This document shows positions 1 to 3,646 of a DNA stretch of 5,718 bases, one piece after another. Made by a program: the position numbers and the translations under genes. The notes below the pieces were generated by a model. That model was not told the origin of the DNA. It saw nothing but the letters and a program-made list of their open reading frames with translations, and ran no database searches. Every line of letters starts with the position of its first letter. Within the stretch, counting starts at the first letter, position 1. Source of the DNA: a virus; IMG/VR virus record IMGVR_UViG_3300045988_001066, positions 1-5,718 of that record. One strand, given 5' to 3'.

Positions 1-55
1 AGCGTTCTTGCAATTTCGGTTTTGCCTTCCGCCATCCATTCTTGAGACAGTGTTG
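1..55. repeat. Terminal direct repeat, copy 1 (identical to 5664..5718); signature of a circular genome assembled past its junction
   Basis: agcgttcttgcaatttcggttttgccttccgccatccattcttgagacagtgttg occurs at both window ends, 55/55 identical, offset 5663 nt. It lies inside the VP1 frame, which stays open across the join. Confidence 0.97.
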
Positions 56-1583
56 GTACGGCTTCGTAGTTGTCTGCATAGTGCCAGAAGTCCAGTGTGC
101 CTGTTGCATTACTTCTCATGAGGCCGCTTACGCGGTTTGGCTTCATTCTGTAATCAGCCCATGCCTCCTGGTAGCCGAACGTCTCTTCATCAGTTGCCGT
201 GCCGGTTAGCATGATTTCTTTTTTCTTTACAGGCTGCTCACCTAAGTTTGCGAATTGGGGCACATAGTAGTCCAGCCTGTCTTTTCTGCTCCAGAATCTT
301 TCAAGCCCCTGCTGGTACGTTCTGCTGTGGCGTACGCACAACACACCGATTACGAATCCGTGCTCCTCAAAGCTTTTCGTGAAGGAACTTTCGTTGATAG
401 GCGTTACGGACACTGCGCCGGTTTCGCCAATAGGCGTATCGTTTTCAGTCTGCTGCCCGCTTGTCTGTACAATTTGGTTCATTCCGACTCTGTAGCGTCC
501 ACCGCCGAGATATTCCGGAATCTGTACCGTTTTGTCGCTGATGGTTACATCCCACAGTGCCTGTACCTGTTCGCGGTAGCGGCTTCCGCCTCTTGCCATT
601 GCCTCATAGTACTGCTGCACTGCAATTGCGTTGCGTAGTTCGTTAATGGTTGTTGCTGTGACCGCTGCAAGGTCTGCGTATACATAGCCACTTCCGATTT
701 CTCCATTTTTTCTGTCTGTTCCATCGTACAATAATTGCTTTTTTCTGCTTACGGGATTAGTTGTGTAATTTAAACCTCCCGCTGCGTTTGACGCCTGTGT
801 TTCTCCTAAAACAAATTCCAGGGTACCATAGTCCATTTCATATCCGTGGGAACTTCTTAGTGCTACTGGTGCGTTTCCTGTCATTGGAATTGTGACTTCT
901 GGTCCGCGCTGCGGATAAGGCAGACAGCTTGAGAAGTAATCGTGAAAACGATTGACAGGAAGGCATTGGCCTCCCTTGTACGCTTCTTTGAGAATTGTTT
1001 CGATATCTGCATTTTTTCCGCTGTCGCTGTAGTTAACTTCATCATCATTTTTTACCAATGTTGCCGGGTTTTCTACGTTTTGATCTCTGAAATATTCGTT
1101 CCAGATCAAAACGTATGCTCTGATAGGCAATGCATTGATACTGGTTCTATTTTCGGGTGTCTTGATGCTTTTTGCTGGTATTCCCATATAGTCTAGTATC
1201 GATTCTTCGAATGGGATTTCCATGTTTTTTTCGTTTTCTAGTAAGATTTGTGGTACACTGTACGTTTTGCTTGGCATCCATGCTGTATTGTCTGCTTCTC
1301 CCATGAACGGTTTGAAGTTGTCCCACAGGATACGATTTGGACAATAGAAGTAGTAGAGGTCGAGGAATGCATCGTCCATCACCGGATACTTCGGTGTGGA
1401 CATGCGGATTATCGCGCTGGTGTCTATTTGGAATGTGTCTCCCGGCAGTACTTCGTCTACAAAGAACGGAATGAGCTTGCCGCTGTCGAACGTGGTTAGG
1501 ATTGTCTGGTCACGGTTGAATCGTGTTCTGCTTGTGTGCAATTGCGGTACGTTCAGAAAGTGTTTTTCGTTGTTTCTATTCAT
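1..1583 (-). CDS. VP1: Major capsid protein VP1 (phiX174 F-like capsid family), first 527 codons; continues over the circular junction into 5663..5561 (561 aa in total)
   Basis: Manual reverse-complement translation from ATG 1583..1581 has no stop down to base 1. It begins MNRNNEKHFLNVPQLHTSRTRFNRDQTILTTFDSGKLIPFFVDEVLPGDTF. Blocks I recognise as microvirus capsid hallmarks: LPIRAYVLIWNEYFRD, NRFHDYFSSCLPYPQRG, TINELRNAIAVQQYYEAMARGGSRY, EHGFVIGVLCVRH...YQQG, DYYVPQFANLGEQPV, FGYQEAWADYRMKPNRVSG. The ATG overlaps the VP3 stop (ATGA). Confidence 0.95.
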   Translation of the reverse strand, partial: MNRNNEKHFLNVPQLHTSRTRFNRDQTILTTFDSGKLIPFFVDEVLPGDTFQIDTSAIIRMSTPKYPVMDDAFLDLYYFYCPNRILWDNFKPFMGEADNTAWMPSKTYSVPQILLENEKNMEIPFEESILDYMGIPAKSIKTPENRTSINALPIRAYVLIWNEYFRDQNVENPATLVKNDDEVNYSDSGKNADIETILKEAYKGGQCLPVNRFHDYFSSCLPYPQRGPEVTIPMTGNAPVALRSSHGYEMDYGTLEFVLGETQASNAAGGLNYTTNPVSRKKQLLYDGTDRKNGEIGSGYVYADLAAVTATTINELRNAIAVQQYYEAMARGGSRYREQVQALWDVTISDKTVQIPEYLGGGRYRVGMNQIVQTSGQQTENDTPIGETGAVSVTPINESSFTKSFEEHGFVIGVLCVRHSRTYQQGLERFWSRKDRLDYYVPQFANLGEQPVKKKEIMLTGTATDEETFGYQEAWADYRMKPNRVSGLMRSNATGTLDFWHYADNYEAVPTLSQEWMAEGKTEIART

Positions 1584-1978
1584 TCTGCCGTTTCACTCCG
1601 TTCTTCTGATTTTTCTTCTTGTGCTTTGCTCTGTTCTTCCAGCTCTTTGAGCTTCATTGCGTTGGCTTGCGCCGTTGCAATCATCCGGTGGTATTCGTGA
1701 ATGTTCTGCGGCCATTCTGTCACGTCCATTTCTACGCCATCCATAGCGCCTTGCGACAGGTTTTTCAGGAATTCCGGGTCGAAACTTGCCTTCCGGACAA
1801 TGTTTTTGATGTCGCATTCGTCTGCGTAGCTTTCAATTTCCTGCTGGATGTCGATTGGTTCGGTCTCTTTCAGCTCTTCCTGGCCTTTTTCGTCCTTTGT
1901 CCAGACGTACTGTCTTCGTAGTTTTTCGCCTGAATTTGAAAAGAAGGGCTCTCGCCCTTCCTCGTATCGTTTATTCAT
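1580..1978 (-). CDS. VP3: Internal scaffolding protein VP3-like (132 aa)
   Basis: ATG 1978..1976 is preceded by GGGAGGG 8 nt upstream. The protein is acidic and helical (MNKRYEEGREPFF...KELEEQSKAQEEKSEERSETAE). It sits directly upstream of VP1 and is translationally coupled to it. Assignment rests on size, charge and position as in gokushoviruses rather than on a sharp motif. The track start at 2026 is a TTG inside the preceding ORF. Confidence 0.72.
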   Translation of the reverse strand: MNKRYEEGREPFFSNSGEKLRRQYVWTKDEKGQEELKETEPIDIQQEIESYADECDIKNIVRKASFDPEFLKNLSQGAMDGVEMDVTEWPQNIHEYHRMIATAQANAMKLKELEEQSKAQEEKSEERSETAE

Positions 1979-2210
1979 TCGGCTTGCCCTCCCACACTTT
2001 TTCCTTGTCGTTCGTGAACGTTCCAAGCTCGTCCTCGAACGTTGCCAGCTTGAAGCCGGTGTAGTCCTGCGGACTCTGCCCGATGAAGGTCGTCTTATCC
2101 TTTTCCATTACGTTGCACATGCGTGCAAAGGTTCCGTTGTTTTTGCTTTCGCCTACCCATGCGTAGCACTTTGCTACGTTGTCGTAGATGCCATAGTACA
2201 GATGTTCCAT
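1971..2210 (-). CDS. Small protein (79 aa), possibly the gokushovirus VP5-type nonstructural protein; function unknown
   Basis: The ATG at 2210 has AAAGGAAAG just upstream. The ORF fills the gap between the basic protein and VP3 exactly, and its stop overlaps the VP3 start (AATGAATAA). The N-terminus LYYGIYDNVAKCYAWVGESKNNGTFARMC recalls the xYDxxA....N...A.R motif I associate with small conserved microvirus proteins. That is recollection, not a search result. Confidence 0.6.
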   Translation of the reverse strand: MEHLYYGIYDNVAKCYAWVGESKNNGTFARMCNVMEKDKTTFIGQSPQDYTGFKLATFEDELGTFTNDKEKVWEGKPNE

Positions 2211-2226
2211 TGTTCTTTCCTTTCTC

Positions 2227-2349
2227 TTACAGCCGGATACCGCCGCGCATGGGCTTTTGGCTGAGGTTAATCGTTTTGGTCTTTCGTGCTGTCACGTTAA
2301 ACATTCGGCGGTCTTTTGTGCCGCTCATCTTCTTACGATGCTGTGCCAT
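2227..2349 (-). CDS. Small highly basic protein (40 aa), putative DNA-binding/packaging protein (phiX174 J / chlamydiaphage ORF8 analogue)
   Basis: Found by hand (below the track size cutoff). ATG 2349..2347 lies 7 nt after AAGGGAG. Sequence: MAQHRKKMSGTKDRRMFNVTARKTKTINLSQKPMRGGIRL, stop TAA 2229..2227. About a third of residues are K/R/H, there are no acidic residues except one D, and the C-terminus is RGGIRL. Confidence 0.7.
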   Translation of the reverse strand: MAQHRKKMSGTKDRRMFNVTARKTKTINLSQKPMRGGIRL

Positions 2350-2560
2350 TTTCGTACTCCCTTCTCATTAGTTCCATTTCGATTGCGTTTGCAAAACTTT
2401 TCATCTGCCAGATTTCATCCAGCAGTTTTTTTGCATCGTCGATACTTGAGACTTTTCTTAGCATTTTATAGTTGCCGTCAATCTCTTTGTATTTTCGATT
2501 GAGCAATTCTTCCAATGCGTCTGTGGTGCTGTCCCTGACGCTCCAACTTGTTCTTGTCAT
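2333..2560 (-). CDS. Hypothetical protein (75 aa), predicted helical, no TM segment
   Basis: The ATG at 2560 lies 5 nt after a consensus AAGGAG. It is packed 2 nt after the preceding ORF's stop and overlaps the next gene by 17 nt. There is no competing frame. Confidence 0.62.
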   Translation of the reverse strand: MTRTSWSVRDSTTDALEELLNRKYKEIDGNYKMLRKVSSIDDAKKLLDEIWQMKSFANAIEMELMRREYENGTAS

Positions 2561-2562
2561 TT

Positions 2563-2685
2563 TTACTCCTTTTCGTTTTCGTTGATGCTGTCATGCAGTG
2601 CATGATAGATTTCGTCAAGCTTTTCCAAGATCTGCATCATGAGACGAATTGCCTGCTTGACGTCCTTGATGGAAATAAGTGCCAT
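2563..2685 (-). CDS. Hypothetical small protein (40 aa), heptad-like amphipathic helix
   Basis: Found by hand. ATG 2685..2683 lies 6 nt after AAGGGGG and 1 nt after the M15 stop. Sequence: MALISIKDVKQAIRLMMQILEKLDEIYHALHDSINENEKE, TAA 2565..2563. It exactly fills the gap between two supported genes. Confidence 0.5.
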   Translation of the reverse strand: MALISIKDVKQAIRLMMQILEKLDEIYHALHDSINENEKE

Positions 2686-2686
2686 G

Positions 2687-3079
2687 TTATACCCCCTTTC
2701 TGTAGGCTTTTGTACGTGTGTCAATGTGTACCCATGTGTTGTACACGATAATGCCGCAGCTTTCCGGAATGATTTTGTTCAGTTTGTTGGCAATTTCTTT
2801 TGCGGTCATGCCTTTAATTTGGATGTCTGCTGCCATTCCTCTCATGTGGTATGAGTACTTCGCACCGCCTACTTCTTTATTCCTTGTCGGTGTTCTGTAT
2901 CCGCTGTTTATGTATACTGGCTTTCCGACTTGGTTTCTTAGGATGTCTAGAATAGATACTAGATAGTCATCGATGAATACGACTTGCGAACCATCTTTGC
3001 ACGCAAATTCTCGCACTTTAAAGTGCTGACCTATTTTTTCGTTTGCGTCTGTGTCCATGATATAACATCGGATAGCCAT
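2687..3079 (-). CDS. Zinc cell-wall peptidase, M15 family (Peptidase_M15_3 / VanY-like; 130 aa)
   Basis: Motifs: FKVREFACKDG, NSGYRTPTRNKEVGGAKYSYHMRGMAADI (SxHxxGxAxD) and WVHIDTR (HxD), the His/Asp/His zinc triad layout of M15 peptidases. I prefer the ATG at 3079, 6 nt after GAGAGGTG. The track's 3088 start is the GTG inside that SD. No signal peptide or TM segment. Confidence 0.9.
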   Translation of the reverse strand: MAIRCYIMDTDANEKIGQHFKVREFACKDGSQVVFIDDYLVSILDILRNQVGKPVYINSGYRTPTRNKEVGGAKYSYHMRGMAADIQIKGMTAKEIANKLNKIIPESCGIIVYNTWVHIDTRTKAYRKGV

Positions 3080-3103
3080 GTTGTTCACCTCTCTTCATTT
3101 CGT

Positions 3104-3132
3104 ATTTTACTTTTTTTTTAATCGCTTGTCAA
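3104..3132 (-). promoter_or_regulatory. Sigma70-type promoter driving the gene array (-35 TTGACA 3132..3127, 17-nt spacer, -10 TAAAAT 3109..3104)
   Basis: The minus strand reads attcaaaacaaaaaacagTTGACAagcgattaaaaaaaaagTAAAATacgaaatgaagagaggtgaacaacATG. The -35 is perfect, the spacer optimal and the -10 matches 5/6. An A-rich UP-like tract lies upstream and the first gene about 25 nt downstream. Confidence 0.72.
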
Positions 3133-3150
3133 CTGTTTTTTGTTTTGAAT

Positions 3151-3222
3151 GGCGCTTTAGCGCCTTGCCGTATGGAGCGCAGCGGAATGCGGCTTAATCC
3201 ATTCCTTTTTAGCGCTGTGCGC
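3151..3222. other. Cluster of short GC-rich inverted repeats upstream of the promoter
   Basis: GGCGC-ttta-GCGCC (3151..3164). GGAATG-10 nt-CATTCC (3184..3205) followed by TTTTT on the plus strand. Flanking GCGCAGC (3177..3183) / GCTGtgCGC (3214..3222) can pair with a 2-nt bulge. Confidence 0.4.
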
Positions 3223-3272
3223 GTTTATGCCGCTTTATTATATAACTTGTTGTAGGAGTAGTAGTAGGTACT

Positions 3273-3445
3273 GTTGAAAAGTTGAAAGTAGTAAAAATTA
3301 CTCGTTATCACGTGATAATTAAGAAATATTATCAGTTGAAAAAATTGTTGAAAAATTGTTGAAATGTTGAATGTTCGTCATTATGACTAATTTTATTGTG
3401 CACTTTTATGTTGAAAACCTGTTGAAAGTGTTGAAACTGTTGAAA
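3273..3445 (+). repeat. Iteron-like array: ten direct copies of GTTGAA(A/T), mostly TGTTGAAA, in three clusters
   Basis: Copies start at 3273 and 3281; at 3335, 3347, 3358 and 3366 (the last is GTTGAAT); and at 3410, 3421, 3430 and 3439. All are in one orientation, with spacing of 8 to 12 nt within clusters. Each copy ends in an A-tract. Confidence 0.9.
3305..3334. promoter_or_regulatory. Operator-like palindromes built from TGATAA(T) half-sites
   Basis: TTATCAcgTGATAA is a perfect 14-bp palindrome (3305..3318). It shares its right half with TGATAAT-8 nt-ATTATCA (3313..3334). The site lies between iteron clusters 1 and 2. Confidence 0.45.
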
Positions 3446-3452
3446 ACTAATT

Positions 3453-3499
3453 TACGCGCATGTGCGCGTGCGCGTTTCGCGCGCGTGCGCATGTGCGTA
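3453..3499. repeat. Imperfect 22-bp palindrome made of strictly alternating purine-pyrimidine sequence (cruciform / Z-DNA-prone / RNA hairpin)
   Basis: taCGCGCATGTGCGCGTGCGCG-ttt-CGCGCGCGTGCGCATGTGCGta. Pairing i+j=6952 gives 18 Watson-Crick pairs plus 4 G.T pairs (3458/3494, 3463/3489, 3466/3486, 3469/3483) on the plus strand. Purines and pyrimidines alternate without a break over 3453..3475 and 3478..3500. Confidence 0.85.
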
Positions 3500-3508
3500 C
3501 TAGCGGCA

Positions 3509-3524
3509 GCCCCATGATTGGGGC
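3509..3524. other. Small hairpin GCCCCA-tgat-TGGGGC
   Basis: A 6-bp inverted repeat with a 4-nt loop, between the GC palindrome and the plus-strand terminator. Confidence 0.35.
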
Positions 3525-3531
3525 GCGACGC

Positions 3532-3565
3532 AAGGGGTTGACTTTTAAGTCAACCCCTTTTATTT
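3532..3565 (+). terminator. Intrinsic (rho-independent) terminator oriented on the plus strand, antisense to all genes
   Basis: AAGGGGTTGACTT-tt-AAGTCAACCCCTT is a perfect inverted repeat (3532..3559). On the plus strand it runs straight into TTTTATTT. On the minus strand the same stem is followed by GCGTCGCG, with no U-tract. Both arms carry the GTTGA core of the iterons. Confidence 0.6.
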
Positions 3566-3602
3566 ACTGACTAGGCTGATACATGGAGTCTTTAAACTAT
3601 TA

Positions 3603-3636
3603 TAGCCCAGTACCTTACTTGATAGGTACTGGGCTA
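3603..3636 (-). terminator. 13-bp perfect hairpin 10 nt after the VP4 stop: candidate VP4 terminator and/or replication-origin hairpin
   Basis: tAGCCCAGTACCT-tacttgat-AGGTACTGGGCTa. On the minus strand it is followed by an A/T-rich but only weakly U-rich tail (TAATAGTTTAAAG). Confidence 0.45.
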
Positions 3637-3646
3637 GGTGACACCG

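Noticed and set aside
1147-1344. Alternative-frame minus-strand ORFs embedded in real genes (1147..1344 in VP1, 1593..1817 in VP3, 5157..5357 in VP2) as possible phiX174 E-like overprinted lysis genes
   Set aside because: None has a hydrophobic or TM segment. I saw no SD for any of the three, and where I checked the start codon it was non-ATG (TTG at 1344). The products are Arg/Lys/Thr-rich, typical of off-frame translation. Overprinting cannot be excluded without comparative data.
1-1583. Suspicion that the missing capsid ORF meant stop-codon reassignment or a degraded gene
   Set aside because: Manual translation with the standard code is open for all 561 codons. The ORF was simply truncated by the window edge.
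1979-2026. N-terminal extension of VP3 to the 148-aa form starting at 2026
   Set aside because: That start is a TTG inside the 79-aa ORF with no SD. The ATG at 1978 has GGGAGGG at ideal spacing and overlaps the upstream stop.
3080-3088. GTG start at 3088 for the M15 peptidase (133-aa form)
   Set aside because: The GTG is part of the GAGAGGTG Shine-Dalgarno sequence that serves the ATG at 3079.
3140-3240. tRNA or other known small RNA gene in the GC-rich hairpin cluster
   Set aside because: No cloverleaf can be drawn. There is no T-loop (GTTCRA) or D-loop consensus. The stems are 5 to 7 bp with 4- and 10-nt loops.
3305-3345. dif/XerCD recombination site (gokushovirus prophages are known to use dif), suggested by ATATTATCAGTTGAAA and by GTGCGCAT at 3485..3492
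   Set aside because: Neither region reproduces the 11-6-11 arm/spacer architecture or both arms of known dif consensus sequences. These are only short partial matches.
3343-3357. CodY-box-like AATTGTTGAAAAATT (11/15 to AATTTTCWGAAAATT)
   Set aside because: The match is a by-product of the AT-rich iteron sequence, and four mismatches fall in the central positions. It is not distinguishable from chance without host information.
3273-3445. CRISPR array
   Set aside because: The repeats are only 7 to 8 nt, are separated by 1 to 5 nt within clusters, and have no spacer-sized unique segments.
3383-3517. Plus-strand 44-aa ORF (MTNFIVHFYVENLLKVLKLLKTNLRACARARFARVRMCVLAAAP) ending 15 nt before the plus-strand terminator
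   Set aside because: It has no SD in a genome where real genes nearly all carry a clear purine-rich SD. The sequence is a read-through of the 9-nt-spaced iterons (LK repeats) and the CG palindrome (AR repeats). It is kept only as a remote possibility under the antisense-transcript finding.
3599-3604. Perfect TATAAT on the minus strand at the foot of the 3603..3636 hairpin, and a second at 3242..3237, as extra promoters
   Set aside because: Neither has a TTGACA-like -35 at 16 to 18 nt (ACCTAT and ACTACT/TACTAC instead). The promoter at 3132..3104 is far better.
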